The notes: generated by a model from the sequence alone, not told the origin. A stretch of DNA of 64,000 bases from Amphiscolops sp. MND2022 (GCA_964187785.1 OZ076417.1:14756001-14820000), one strand, 5' to 3'. Positions 22,256-36,069 are shown, counted from the stretch's first letter. Numbers and translations are program-made.

Positions 22256-23115
22256 GTAGCTTTTTAGTGGCCTCTGTGCGAAATATCGACCGTCTGTTGA
22301 TTTTGTTTGTTTTTTTATTCGCTCCAAATGACAAAAACAGCTTTGAAGGTTCTGTTTCAAGTTGAGAAGGAGCATTTTTGAGCCCTAAAAATTCAATTTT
22401 GCGTATGATTCGGTATTGAGATCTTTGAGAATATTCTCAATATTTGTCGTTGAACGTATTCAAAAGAGCGTACTTTAAGCCCGGTGGCAATGTGGACTGT
22501 TTCTGGCTTGTTTTTAACCTAATGATGGTGTTGAGATTACTTAATTATCATATTGATAATTTGATGATTCATCTTTTCAATGTGTATTATTCAGCGCTTT
22601 TACCGCGTTCAATTTTCATTGTTTTGTCGTCTAATTTGAATATCACGTGTTCCTTTTTAAAAGTTTTTTTGCTATCCAAGCTATAGCAACCAAGTACAGC
22701 TGTCCTTGCTACAGCATTCACAAGTTGAAACAACAGATGGTGCTTGCGAACGACTAAATTGCAAAGTTACTGGCTAAAACGCAGGGCGTTATAGAGACTG
22801 CCGGAATTTACTTTTGCAAAAAATTTCAGATGTCTCTAGGTAGAAAGAAAATAAGTTTTAAATACATTTCATCGTGTTCTACTTTTGTGGAGCTTCGTTT
22901 TTGCTTTATTATGTATTTCGAAAATTAAATTTTTGGATCCAGTTTGGTACCAGATTTGGGTAGACTCTTCAAAAGCCAGCTATTACTTTGAGCTAATTTT
23001 GAAGTTCTGCATGTCCTTCAATGAGGATTTTTCTCGGAGGTCAAAAAATGATATGTCAATGAATTTTGAATAGTGGAAAGTGTTGGAGACTTTAGACTGG
23101 GCTTGTGTGTTGCAG

Positions 23116-23284
23116 TGACGAGCTAATAGGACGCACTCGTACTGCGCTGGGCACTCTGAAGCCGATCTGGAACGCGACATTCTCAGTGGACGTGAGCTGT
23201 GAGCAGATGCAATTGGACCATGAACTGGAACTCACTGTGTGGGATCTGCACTTCCACTCTCACTCAACTCAGTTCTTGGGAGAG
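23116..23284 (+). CDS. Rim: RIM C2A domain, exon 2
   Basis: RTRTALGTLKPIWNATF...LELTVWD...FLGE. Confidence 0.93.
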
Positions 23285-23631
23285 GTTAGCATAGTAATCA
23301 TGACGTCATTTACAAGTTGAGGAGAGAATGAAGAGAGAGAGAGAGAGAGTCGCGGTGTTTTAGTGGCATCCCGTCGGAACACAGCCGACGCTCATAACCT
23401 TAGGGCCAAAGATATCTTCTTTTTATGTCTGCTGGAATTACCCAATTTAAAAATTAAATCTGGAATTTGAATCAAATTTTCCCGCCATATTTTGAAGAGT
23501 TTGCCGATGATCCAGAAAGTATCGACAATCTTCAGTGGTGATGGGTCGAGAATGCGTCAAAATATGTCTAATTTGACAGCCCCTGGCCATGAAGGCTAGC
23601 AGGAATAACGATTCATGATTTTGTGTTTTAG

Positions 23632-23833
23632 GTTGTAATAAATCTAGAGAGGGCTCCATTGGACGATGAGCCGTACACGTACGAACTGCAGCCCCATGAC
23701 GAGCATGGACCCTCTTTGCCCGCACCCAGTCCCGTGCCGTTTCCCCTGCCCCCTCGCACGTCTCTCACTGCTGGCATCTCCCCCCATTCGACCAGACAGC
23801 TGGATTGGGGCGACTTTCTTGAGGACTCATACG
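23632..23833 (+). CDS. Rim: RIM C2A end (VVINLERAPLDDEPYTYELQPHD) + Pro-rich linker
   Basis: Matches RIM1 ILIELETALLDDEPHWYKLQTHD; donor G/GTGAGA. Confidence 0.92.
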
Positions 23834-25590
23834 GTGAGACTGCAGCCACTTACTAACCCGTACTAAAACTAAACCTAACTAAATTTTTCATCCGACGCAA
23901 ATACCCTAATCCTAACCCCCCACCCCCGAAAAATTTTTTCGAGGGACCATGTTGTTTCTTGTCGCCGGTTTGATTTTTATGTCATTTTACTTTTCCTCCC
24001 TTATATTGTGGGTTTTCACTCTCCAATTCTATTCCTCTCTGCTGAAAAATTCCTCTGTCGTCTCGTGATGGTAACTAGTTGCCGTGGTAGCTGATTACCT
24101 GAAATAGAAAACTGAGTAGTGGGGTGTTTTTGCCCATGAGTTGAAAGTTTTTTTAGCTCTGCTTGATATTGAACCCGAATTGAATAAAATGTTCACGTAG
24201 TAGCTGACTGTAGTAATGTCGAATCTTTACAATTTTTAAATGCATTTTTTTTTCATTTTCCGCTCATTTTTTTGCTATTGGTTTTAATTGAAAGATAAAT
24301 TCTTTCGGATTTATAAATAAAATATCAATTGAAAGATTGATTTAAATGGAGGTAATTTTTGAGACTGTGTTAGTTTCAGTTTTGGACGAATTTAAATAAA
24401 CATCGTTTCTCTCAGAATTGCGCCCGCTAGAATCAAGTGAACCAGATTTGTGCCTTTTTTGCTTCCTTATCTTTTGAATTTTTGAAAAACGTTTGTAGTT
24501 GAGACTGACACACAAGTTTTGATAAAGAAAGCGTTTTTTCGCAAATCCTCCTTTTGGGTAACAGTTAATTCTTTCGGCAAGCTATCAATCGCCAAATAAA
24601 CAGCTCATCGCTCGTGTGCAAAACCATTTGCCGCTAGTTTCTGAATGAGGTAGTACTTTTGAGTGGCGGTTTTCAAAAAAACTTATCAATTTTCCAATTT
24701 TCTTGGACCCTTGGTTGTGCTCTGGCAAGTTTTGTGACTTGACGAGTGTGAGCTACAGAACTAAACACTTGGATCGGAGCAATAAGCCTGTATTCGGCCA
24801 TAAAATGTATCTGACCGGTTTAGCTATCTCCATAACGCAGTTCTACTTTTACCGAAAAATGTTTTGTTTTTAGACGTCCATTTCACTCTTTTCTAGATTT
24901 AATTGAGTTTATATTCAATACTCAAGCTTCTCTAATTTTAACAAAATTGGTTCAAATGATTTAAAAATCTGTTTAATTGCCAACCTTTGGCTGTTTGGCA
25001 CTCGGTTCAATGTCCTAAAAGTTAAGTGTGTCGCACGCCCCTTTAGGCTAAGCCATCAGTTTCAGGGCATTTCATCGATTGGAACCAATTGTGAATGGTG
25101 ATGGGATAAAGAAACTTATATAAGACATTCTCTAGTTGCTTGAGTAATACTGTTAAACTGATAGTGACGTTAATAGTGGCATTGATTTCTCGAATATTAT
25201 TATGCTTAACAATTGGCTACAACGCCCGTTTCATGAGTATTTCAAGAGCTTTTGATCAAGAATCGAAAGTTTTTTTGGGAAATTTGGGTTTTCATTGACC
25301 TGTACAAACTTTGTAAAGCGGAATTCTGGAAAAAACCCTAATCCAATGCTTATTCAATTAGATTCTGATTGATTTAGAGCAATGGGTATATAGTTTCAAT
25401 GATTGAAAAGTTAATTTCCTTATTGTCGGAATAATTGATTTTGATAGACTAATTGATTGTTGTGCACTGTTGAAACCGTACGGCATCTATTTCTAGCTCA
25501 GCCCTGTATGGGGCTGTTAGGTGTTGATTGGTGGCGTCGGTTGGTTGATAGACCGATTGTTTGATGACGTGTCTGTTGTGTTGCTTTCAG

Positions 25591-25683
25591 GGCAGATAGA
25601 GTGGACTCCTGTGGATAAGTTGTTGAGTAATCTGCGCAGTTTGCCCCTCCCCGATTTGGGCAAACTACAGGGGCTTATGCAAA
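25591..25683 (+). CDS. Rim: RIM linker exon (93 nt, symmetric phase 1-1)
   Basis: ttgctttcag / A-GTAATC; open frame QIEWTPVDKLLSNLRSLPLPDLGKLQGLMQ; no homology recognised. Confidence 0.6.
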
Positions 25684-28600
25684 GTAATCACCCCACTCTT
25701 TCCACTGCTAATACTCCTATTACTCAAGCTCTTATTTTACTGTATTTGTAGTCTACAGGGTTTTGACATTGATTTAAGGGAGAATAGCTCAGTTAGTTTA
25801 ATTAGCCACTGCGGTTTATTTTTTCTCGGAATCTTTACTTTTTTGGAGTTTCTGGGAATTTTCTACATGATTGATAGAAATCCTACGTGTTTCAACGTTT
25901 TCTATGTGTTTTCGCGCTTCAAAAGTGACAAAAGTTTCAAATTTATCTGCAAAGTCATATTTTGATAGCTTGAAAGAGTTTTAAAAAATATTCCGAAATA
26001 GGGGGTCACTATTTTGTGGAAAAATAGCCGTTTTTCAAAACCCTGTATCTACAGTATCTTATATTTAATACTACTTCTCATGAATTATGACAACCCACTA
26101 CCGCTGACCACTGCACAAGATAGCTACGTAGAGCTGCGCGCCGAGGTAGCCGTTCGTATAACCGAATGAGCTTCAAGAAGAACGAATATAAAGCCGATCT
26201 CAAATCTGATTGGACGACGAAATGAGCAAACAATCACATTGACTTTCGTTTACTCTGACCGGTGGTATGGATTATAGCCGAACAGGATTAAAGACGAATA
26301 GTTTTTCAACTGAATAAGATTGAATTCTCAATTTGGTAACGTATGTAACAGTTAAATGTAGTCAGAAGAAATTAAAGTTAATACATATAGCTTCGGTTAT
26401 GATCTTGAGCGACTATAATCATGTTCGACTAAAATCACGGCTACCACTATGGGTGCTAGATCAATTGGCCGGTTATGCAGTTGGCAGACCATAAAGACTT
26501 CAAAAAGACGAAACGGGGTGTGAAATGGAATTGAACTGTTTTGATAGTTCTGACAGTATCGAGAATTGAAAACTATTGAAAAAATCTCTCATCCTCTTCA
26601 TTGGAACAACATCAAATGTCTTTATTTTTCCGATTAGATTTTTAAACAGATCAAACTTTTCATTCGATGCGAATTATAGTTGTATAACAAGAGTGGATAT
26701 TTGTGGTGGCCAAGGTGCATAATAGTTACATCATTGAAAGCTCACTGTCAAATGCCATAAAAATTCGATTCGGTTCTGCTCAAAATTTATTCGGCATTAT
26801 TACCGCTCGGCTATACAACCTACCACCAGCGCACCGACTCATCCGTAGTACTCACTCCTATCGGCTGTTTATGCCCTATCCTTTGTTATCGGCGGCGGCG
26901 TAGCTGGCTTCAAATTTGCTTCGCTTCTGTTTTTGTATCCTATTAAACGTAAGACAAAAAAATTGTCGGTAGCACTTTAGCGTTTGTTTTACAGTGGGCA
27001 CCTAGGTAGCTTAAAACTTCGAAAAAGTCCAATAATATAATAAAACTCGAGGATTCGGTGCCTTTTAGAACCGATTCGGTTTTGTGTCATGGAACCAGTC
27101 GTTTTTCAGAAAATTAGTTTTTGAAGTCTGAAGCAAATGGTGACACTTTCGGCAAATGAGTATATAGAATTTGAGGTATATATGTCTGGAATTACCCCCA
27201 GTTTTTCTTGGGCGTATCGTGTCTATAATTGGTACAATTATTGTCGTGATGAATAGTTAATGTATCTGGTTCAGCCGCTTCTTGTTGGTGTCCGCAGTAG
27301 TGAATTAGGTTTCACCAAAAATGCGCTTATCACCTGTTGCGTTTGTGACTGACACCCTAAACGCTTGAGCGGCGCTTTTTGGAAGGAAATTTTTGGCTAT
27401 GCAAAAATTTTCAACAATTGCAATTTATCCAACATTTCGAACTTTATATGTTACTTTCTTTTGTCAACAAAATACAAGCACAAGAGACAAATCTTTCAAC
27501 TGTACTGTTGTCGGGTGAAACGCACAGTACTTGACAACAACGTTTTTCCAGAATTCTGTCATATTGCAAGTCAACGATTTCCATACCATTCAAGGTTTAT
27601 TCCATTATTCACTAAAAATGGCTAAAATTTCCGATCAATCAGATTAGCACAAATTTCAGTCGTCGTTTTCGATATCCGCGCTTAACCGGATATCATCTCG
27701 ATTCCGCTTTTTTGCGCTTTCACTTACAAGCGACCTTATACCTAGTTCACTGGTCCGCAGTAGTGGTTTCGTACTCAACTGATGATAAGTACAGCTTCCA
27801 TAAATTTTGTTGCTTTCGGCCAAGTTGATTTTCCTTTCGCAACCATTGACCCCCACCCACCCTTACTCATTGCTCCTGCTTTTACGTAATCATACAAATT
27901 TGATGACGTAATAGCAACGAACAGCTCCTGTTCTTGTTTTGAGTTTCAGCAAGTTCCCCGGTGAAAAACAGCCAACATCCCTTTTCTCACTTTTTCATGC
28001 CGTCATTTCTCACGTATCAACCTCGGTAGTTCCCGCTAATCGAATCACCACTTTCCTCAACATCACTGAAATCGAACAAAAACTATCAAACCTTGACCAT
28101 GGACATTTTTAGTCGGCGCTTTTTGAATTGAACGAAATTGGACGAAATTTCTATAAAACAGCAAAATGTTCGGAAGGGTCCTCCCTTTTAAATTTTGACA
28201 AACTTATTTGGATAAAGACATTTCAGGGTTATTTTTTGGTACTGAGACTGTTTTTCGAAAGATTTTCACTTTTCGAAAAGGGCCTCCTTTGTTTTTTTTT
28301 TGTATTTTTAGTTATGAAGTTTTTCTAAGCCCAAAGGGCCCCCTTTGGATTTTTTGGCACTGTATTTTTTTGAAATTTTTTTTCACAGAGGGTTTTTTGA
28401 TCAAGGCCTCATTGATGGATAAAAAATTTGAACCATCGATAGATTCGAAGTTATTACTTAGCTAATCAATTCTAATCACACTTGAAACACGATTTGCTCG
28501 ATTTGCTTGCGCTCTTGGCAGAAATGATTTCGAAAAACTTGAAAGCTTTTTAAAAAACTTTCGAAATCGGTGACGTCAAAAGTGTGAGTGTTAATTTGTG

Positions 28601-29674
28601 ACAAGAAGCTCGGCCGCTTGATTAAAAATGGCCATTATTTGGAACTTTATTTGCTACTTACCATTTGAAAATTCTGATTAAGTTGAATTATCGCTCAGTG
28701 AGTGAGCATTTTTGTTGACCTTGGGTTGAGTTGGTTTGTTTTCCACCGGGGCTATGTAGTTACGACTGAGATTTGCTGTTAGAAATTAGTAGCTGGAGTA
28801 GATAGATTGTTAATTTTTAGAGTTGTTTTTAGATTTCTGTTGTCTTTGCAGATATTTTTGGTTTGCATCCAATTTTTTCCATGATATACTCGTACTATTT
28901 ATTTATAATTCGAGGAGAGAAAACTTGGACAAATGGATTTTTGAAACAGGAGTTGAAACTGCGTCCAAAGTTTTTGTATCAAATTTGCTATATAAAGTGG
29001 TTGAGCATTTTGCAAAGAAAGTTTTCCCCAAGATCGTCTCATGTTTCGACGCCTACTGTATCAATCTGATATTGCAATTGAATTAATTGCATTGTATTAA
29101 TCGCTTAGATCTGAGTCTAATTGAACAAAAGCCGCGCTTTTTAATCAACATTCCTCAATCAATTTTCCCTAAACCAGAGCTTTTTGGAAACCACTTCGAT
29201 GCCAAAATGTCCTAATTGTCGACGGGAGACAAATCAAAATCTATATACATAAGTTTTCATACATTTTAAATTGAAGTTTATGCATCTGGTTTTCAATGTC
29301 TGCTTAATTGGCTCATCTTCGACCAGGCTTGTCAAATTTTCTAATCGTTAAAAATGATTTTTTTCATGAGTTCATCGCAATGTTACTGGAAGCTCGAGAG
29401 GAAGTGTTTTCAATTTTTCTCCGAAATTTTTGAATGTTTCGCAATTTTTTGCACTTCGTTTTAACATTGAGGACGTTATCTTGAAATGGACTTGTATAAA
29501 ATGTATGTACCTTGGAGATTGTTGTGAAGACTGACCCTATTTTGTAGTTAGTATGTTAGTTAGTAGATTAGTTTTGATTTTGTGTATCCAGTCTTACGTT
29601 TCTAGTTCGAGTCCTTTTCTTTAGTTGTTCTATTGTCTCAACTCTTTGTTGCACCCAAAACCTCGTATTACATA

Positions 29675-30086
29675 CAGGGATGTAAAAAAATACATTTGAG
29701 TGATACTTTAGAAAAAAGAATTAATATATTTACTTTGTTCCTGGTCAACTATAAGTATATTATATATATTGGCCTATATTGTAAGACAAAAAAAATAAAT
29801 TGTCCGAAGAGATCATCTGTACACTTCCTGAATGGAGTTTTCTAATGACTAAATCCAAATACTTCATAATATTTGACCGAGAAATTGAGTTGAATTTATA
29901 ATGTATTTCGGGGAAAACAATTATAATCGCATATTTGTGTTAATACTTTCCCAACCTCAAGATGAATATTGAAATATATTGGTCTAAAACAAATACATCG
30001 GAACAAAAGATAATATTCGTACAAAATCAAAAATAAATATATTTTATTGTCAATATATTTAAAAACAATATATTTTTACATCCCTG
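29675..30086. mobile_element. MITE, TIR CAGGGATGTAAAAA (Tc1/mariner-like)
   Basis: 14-bp inverted termini; TA on the left flank. Confidence 0.65.
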
Positions 30087-30235
30087 ATTACAAACAATGC
30101 GAGCTTTGGTTGCAACCATGGTTAGTTTAACCTGACCCAACGTTGACCTAGTACTGCTCTTATCGGTTAGCTTGTTCCTGCATTTTGCATTGGACTGTTG
30201 TCATACTATTTGCTATGTTATTCTGGTGTCATTAT

Positions 30236-30884
30236 TTTTTTAGTCGGCGCTTCATGAAGTGAAACGCGACTATTATAGTGACTTTTCTTTTTTTTTTTTT
30301 CAATCCACACGAACTGACCAAAATAGTTCTTAAAAGTTCTACAAAATATTATTGGTCCAAAATGCACTATTTGGTCTAGCGAACTGAACCAAAAAGGTTT
30401 TTCCTGTTTTCCCGCGTACCATACCATACCGGGAGAGACCAAAGAGTCCCCCCTTTCAATTTTTTTTGGCACTGCGAGACATTTTTTTCGGAATTTTTTT
30501 CCTCAAAGGGTCCCCCCTGCATTTTTTTTGATGTTTTGCGACAGAATGTTGGAAAATCCCAAAGGGTTCCTTCTTTCAGTTTTTTTCGGCATTGTGAGAT
30601 TTTTTCCCGAAAATAAAAAAAATTTTTTCTTCAATTTTTTCATGCTTTGCGACAGAATGGATGTTGAAAAACCTCAAAGGGTCCCCCCTTTCAGTTTTTC
30701 GGCATTGTGAGACGTTAGCGCGCCACTCGGTCCAATTTTTTTAGTATGTAATTTTTTCAAAAAAAAAAATTTCGAAAAATTTTCGATTTTCGACTTCTGT
30801 AAAAGAATACTTGACACTTGGAAGTCTTTTTGCTATTTTTGAGCCTTGGATATGGCGCCGACTTGGGCCGGTCCCGGCTTGTTT
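30236..30884 (+). mobile_element. Helentron-like element, subtype 1, full length
   Basis: 5' AGTCGGCG-CTTCATGAAG-..CGCGACT; 3' GCGCCGACT then GCCG-gtcc-CGGC-ttgttt. Confidence 0.75.
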
Positions 30885-31117
30885 CGAAATACCATCAAAA
30901 GCTTGAAAAATTTTCGAAGTTTTTCAATGTTTAGTTTTGGAATCATTCCGCAATTTTTTGCTCGTTTTTTTGTTCAAATTTTGTTTAGAAGAGGTTCTCA
31001 ATAAAAGGCGCCAAAAAATCCAACTAAAAATACCACTTTTTGGTGCATATTAGCAAGTACAAGTGCTAATTATATTCTTAATTAGTAATTTTGAGTTAGT
31101 GAACTGTGTGTGTTAAG

Positions 31118-31387
31118 GGCTCATTCTCAATGGAGGAAATCTGGCTGCGAATTCGATCGCCGACCTCCGGCTCCTCTCTGACAAGTTCACCCCCACTGGC
31201 ACTGGTCTGGCATCAGGAGTGGCCGGTGTGTCCAGCACTGGCAGCGGACTGGACCAACTCCTTCCAGAGGAAGAGCTACATGCATTGCAGGATAGAGAGG
31301 CAACCAACCCGGCCGCCAGATTTCTGTCCAGGAACATTGAGCGCTTCTTCCCTCTGAGAGACTTCAAGGGGTCCAAACTAGTCTCCA
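31118..31387 (+). CDS. Rim: RIM linker exon (270 nt, symmetric phase 1-1)
   Basis: tgttaag / A-GTAAGA; GC-rich open frame. Confidence 0.7.
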
Positions 31388-31425
31388 GTAAGAGTCCAGT
31401 TAACACTAATCTCAAATGTCTTGGT

Positions 31426-31586
31426 AGTCAAACTCTCGGATAAAAGAAACTCACAGGGCGGTGAGAAAAGACTTTATTTTATCTAGAGTTTCTTTTATCA
31501 GTTGTCCTGAAAGTTTGTGTTTCATAAAAGTGGAGGAGTGAACACGTTTCTCATATCGAAATGTTTCTTTTATCCGAGTTCGACTG
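31426..31586. mobile_element. MITE, TIR AGTCRAACT..CGGATAAAAGAAAC (Tc1/pogo-like)
   Basis: Inverted termini at 31426-31450 and 31563-31586. Confidence 0.7.
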
Positions 31587-32353
31587 TACTAGGCTGGTTT
31601 GAAGCAAATTGAACTCCTAATGACTATAGCACTAATATTTTTCTTCAAACAAGTGGAAAAATAGACATTGTCATATTTAGGTTAGTTTTGTCTCTGGTTT
31701 TGGGTTCAGATAACACAGGAACTTGGAATCTTCATGTTTGGATGCTGATATTGCCAATATCTTGATTCTCACCGAGTTTTAACATTGGTGTAGAATTTGG
31801 TCATAACTGACATTTCCATGAAAAAGCAAATCGTCCCAATACTTTCTTTTGGCACTTAATTTACAGCGTGGATGAATCGGGAACGTTTATTTAGGCCCGA
31901 TAATGAAATATTATCTGAGGCCCGAAAATTTGTTCATCAAACTTATTATTATAACGTAGTCAGCTATATTCACAAACCCCTAGTGCCCTAAATGCAGGAG
32001 CGAAGCGGAGCGGAGCGACGTGCCATATGGCCATGCCTCAATGTTGCTACTTGGCGAAGGGAGCGAAGCGACCGAGCCATACAACAAATATGCTAACCTC
32101 TTCAAATAAATCAACAAGTTAAATACATATTGGCTGAATAATATTATCTGACGCTAATAGTCATTGAATTTATCGGGCCTCAAATATGCTACCCGATGAA
32201 TCAATGCACGTATGAGGAAATGAAGTATGGCTAACTTGAGTAGTTATGAATATCTCTTCAGACATGGCAAACTTCCTTTTTTGCAGATTCTTATAAATCT
32301 GGACGAAATTCAGATATATGTTCTGGGCTCATGTTCTGGCAATCTTTTTGCAG

Positions 32354-32801
32354 GTCTGGCCAATCTCTACCCGGGAGCTGGTCTGGGTGACTTTGACCCC
32401 TCGTCGCCTCCCTTGAGAGATGACCTCGGTGCCCCCGGCGTGGGTGTCACAGGGGGAGCCATGACCGTGCCCAGTACCCCCAAGCACTTGAGAAGAGGCA
32501 TGTCTGTCAGTGGAGGATCCCCGGGAGGACTCGGGGGGTTAGGGGCCTTCCTAAAGAGACGCAACTCCATAGACCTGCTAGAGGCGACCAATCGGGTGTT
32601 CGCTTCAGTCGACCCAGCCAGGCTGTCGTTTCTCAGTACCCCCCACCCAGGGCGCAGGGGCGGTGCCAACTCGCCAGTTGATGAAGACTTTTTCGGCGCC
32701 AGACCTCCGCCGCCGCCCTCACAGCACCTGCATTATCAGCAACAGCAGAACAACAGACTGAAAAACAACCAACTGCCTTCTGATATTCCTCCCACCCTCA
32801 G
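32354..32801 (+). CDS. Rim: RIM linker exon
   Basis: ttttgcag / AG-GTATCA; phase 1 to 2. Confidence 0.8.
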
Positions 32802-33247
32802 GTATCATTTATACCTTAAATGTTGTGTGCGTATTTCGTGCCCAATTGAAGGAGAAAACTTCCAAGTATTAGGCCGTAGAGTAATCAGGATCAGAAGCAA
32901 GTAGAAAGGCTAAGCACAGGTCTTGGCACAAAGCATTTTGATCTAACTCTAGTGACATGCAGTTGAACTCTATAGAGCTTTCAATTGAAAACATCCGAAA
33001 ATACCGAGATGAAGAGGAAAACATACTTATAATCAAGTTAATGGTTGTTTCCCCTGTATTTTATGCACCAGTTGGTATAGCGGTGAAAAAACACGATAGG
33101 GTTTTTCATCGATTTTTATCAGTTGAAATTTATGTGTACTGTTTTTGTTGCATCTCAAAAAGCTTCAGTATGATTAAAAACTTAGTTTAAACGCGATGCC
33201 ATTGAACGATTTTTTCCAAACTCCAGAGACCTGTGTTTGTTTTCCAG

Positions 33248-33786
33248 GGACCTTCCGCCCCCGGACGGGCGTCCATATCGATCAGCGACCACGTCTTCAG
33301 GGTCATCAGGGGCCAACCGGTATCTTATGGACGAATTATCCGCCGAGATGAACAGCAGATCTGTCTCCCCCAATACAGGTTGGAGAGCGGAGCACCCCAG
33401 AAGAGGACCAGCCTTGGGTGACGAGCTAGCTGCAGAGGAGGAACGGGACTTCAGGAGACAGAGCGAGCCTTACCTCAACAGAATCGGCAGAAGCGCAAAT
33501 AATGCCTCAGTGGGTCCCGAGATCTGGCATCACGGTGGAGGTCGTAGACCCAGGAACAGGATTAATCCAGGGGCGTCATCGGTGCGTTCCGGCGTCCAGG
33601 GAAAGTTGTTGCACCGAGCCTTGTTGGAAGACAGAGCCTTGGCGGCCGCAGGGGGAGACAAAAGTCGCTTTCTGCCCCCGCCCCAACTTAGGGCTGCTCA
33701 CGATGCAATGTACCTCGGCTCCGACGCAGAGCAATTGAGCGATTTTGAAGACGCGCTCAGTGAAAGAGGAATTGGGCCTTATCAAG
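33248..33786 (+). CDS. Rim: RIM linker exon
   Basis: tttccag / G-GTATAT; phase 2 to 1. Confidence 0.8.
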
Positions 33787-34011
33787 GTATATAGTCATCT
33801 GGCTAAAAATATATTGCCTAAAATATTTTACCTGTTTTACCGGAAAATCATGAGTGAACGTTTGCTTTTATCAAAATTTTGTATCGAAAGCTTAATCCAA
33901 ACAAATGAACAAATTGAATAATTATTTTAGGTAGAAACCATATTATTCGTAAAAGTATCAAACTGAACTAATATCCACAAGTTGAGAATGGCCCAAACAG
34001 GTGCAAAAAAA

Positions 34012-34082
34012 TCACAGTAGCGTGATTCGAACTCCGTTCCCCAGATTCGGAAGCCAACGCTCTAACCACTAGACCGATTGTG
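34012..34082 (-). repeat. tRNA-derived SINE head or pseudo-tRNA
   Basis: A box GGTCTAGTGG; B box AGTTCGAATC. Confidence 0.55.
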
Positions 34083-34129
34083 ACATTGCTGGCCAACATT
34101 CATATCGGCCGCACTATCCATTTTCAAGG

Positions 34130-34390
34130 ACAGAAAAAATTTTTTGACTACTTATGCAATCGTACCTTTTTTCTCCCGACCTTTCAATGAAAATTTCTCA
34201 AAAACTGTCCATACGATTTTTATAAACTTTGGTACTCCTGCGTGCGCAACATCAAATTGAATGACTGGGTTCTGAGAAACATAGCCAAAATTAGGTCAAA
34301 AATGACTAAATGACAACAAAGTACGTAATTTATTTTTCAATATTTAAATCCGTTTCCGAATCCTTTACCGCACATGCGGCTCTGGTTTTC
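34130..34390 (+). repeat. Dispersed repeat (related copies ~5520-5690 and ~38960-39120)
   Basis: Shared atgactggg...catagccaaaa...aaagtacgtaattt...cctttaccgcac..atgcggctctggttt. Confidence 0.7.
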
Positions 34391-34449
34391 ACCCAGATTC
34401 AATCCATTCCTGTTGAACGTGCATCATAGAGCGTCGTGATTGTTCCCAG

Positions 34450-34726
34450 GTGGCGGCAGAAGGAGCCACAGTTCCAGGAGGGTGATGGATCAGGGGATAG
34501 ACATGGGTGGAGGAGGAGGCGGCGGGAGTGGGTTGGATGGGGAGTGGGACACACACAGTGACAGGGGAATCGCATATCGAGGAGACACTCGCAGTGCTTC
34601 CCATCATTCCACAGCTGCTGCTGCTTCTACAGCTCCGTTCTCTTCTGCTTCTGACAAAAGGAGGAGACGTGCTTCGGAGAGTGTCCACCGCAAACATTCC
34701 TCCACGTACTCGTCCAACTACTCCAG
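34450..34726 (+). CDS. Rim: RIM linker exon
   Basis: ttcccag / AG-GTACTT; phase 1 to 2. Confidence 0.8.
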
Positions 34727-35449
34727 GTACTTGCAATAATAACAAAGCAATCGTCATTATTACGTCATCATCATCATCGCTAAACTTTTTTGCTAAAAGG
34801 TGGTTTTCATGATGTTTCTGAAAAATTTCACAGTTCCGAAAATTACCCCTTGGGCTTGAAAGGTTTTTTCTGACTCGAAATACCAGAAAGATGAATAGAA
34901 AAAATGTCACATAGTGCCGAAAAATATGTAAAAGGGAACCCTTTGCCCCGTAGTGATTTCGCAGATCATGTAAAGATGTGGAAAGTTCAAAGGAACGACC
35001 CTCCCTAAAAACCCAAAGGGTTGTAATTATGCTGAGGAAAATTCTCAGTGCCAAAAATTCCGAAGACACTTTGGGCTAATAAACGTTTTCTTTACTGAAA
35101 ACGTCATGAAACCCAAAGGGAGGACCCTTTGATGAAATGAAGGAACATTTTTTAAAAAAATTCGTAATGGCGTCGAAAGATAACTTTGGAAAATACCGCC
35201 GCAGCAAGTTACGATAATGTGCATGTAAAGAAAATGTTCCCGATAATTCCCTGAAGAACATTTTTCGTAAAGATTTTTTGCATAGCTTTTGGTGAAATTC
35301 CAACGTACGTCATTCAATTTTTGTTTGAACAAACATTTAACTTAATGATCAGAAAAATTGGATAGAATGACCAGAATTACTTGTTGTATAAAAAAGTTGA
35401 TGCTCGCTTGTATTGATCTCTCAAAGTATTCGAATTCGTATGACGTCCT

Positions 35450-35865
35450 TTTTAGTCGGCGCTTCATGAACTATACTAGTGAGTGACATGAGTGACTTTT
35501 TTCAATCCATAGAACTGACCAAAATAGTTATACAAAATATTAAGGTGCCAAATTGAATCAAAAAGTTTTTTCTTTTTATTCCGCGTACCATACAATACCG
35601 GGCGAAACTAAAGGTCCCCCTTTCAGTTTTTCCGGCATTGTGAGACTTTTTTCGAAATTTTTTTCTCCAAATTTTCCCTTTAATTTTTTTGATTGCGATA
35701 AAATGGATGTGGAAAAATGCGACAGGGTCCCCCTTTCAGTGCGCCAATTCGGTCCAACTTTTGGGTTTTTCGGGTATTGTAAAAGAGAATACTTGACACT
35801 TTGAAATCCTTTTGCCATATTTGAGCCTCAGATATGGAGCCGACTTAAGCCGTTACCTGCTTGTT
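35450..35865 (+). mobile_element. Helentron-like element ending at a RIM splice acceptor
   Basis: tttttAGTCGGCGC start; end gagccgacttaagccgttacctgcttgtt directly precedes ctttctag/exon 35874. Confidence 0.7.
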
Positions 35866-35873
35866 CTTTCTAG

Positions 35874-36050
35874 ACACGACCAGCTGTCTGGCAGGAATGT
35901 CATGTCTTCTCCCATCAACTCCTCTGAGAGGTCAACCCCCACCAGAGACCTGGGCGCTGCTTCCTCCTCCACGCTGACCCCTCCCCTCACTTTCAGAACA
36001 GGGGGCACCTCAGACCACGGCAGGTACGGGGACACTGCTGCCAAACACAG
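35874..36050 (+). CDS. Rim: RIM linker exon (177 nt, symmetric phase 2-2)
   Basis: ttctttctag / AG-GTGAGA. Confidence 0.78.
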
Positions 36051-36069
36051 GTGAGAACCGGTTCTAGTA

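Noticed and set aside
26100-26900. Repeated cggttat/ataaccg motifs suggesting a transposon
   Set aside because: No defined termini, TSD or coding remnant could be established.
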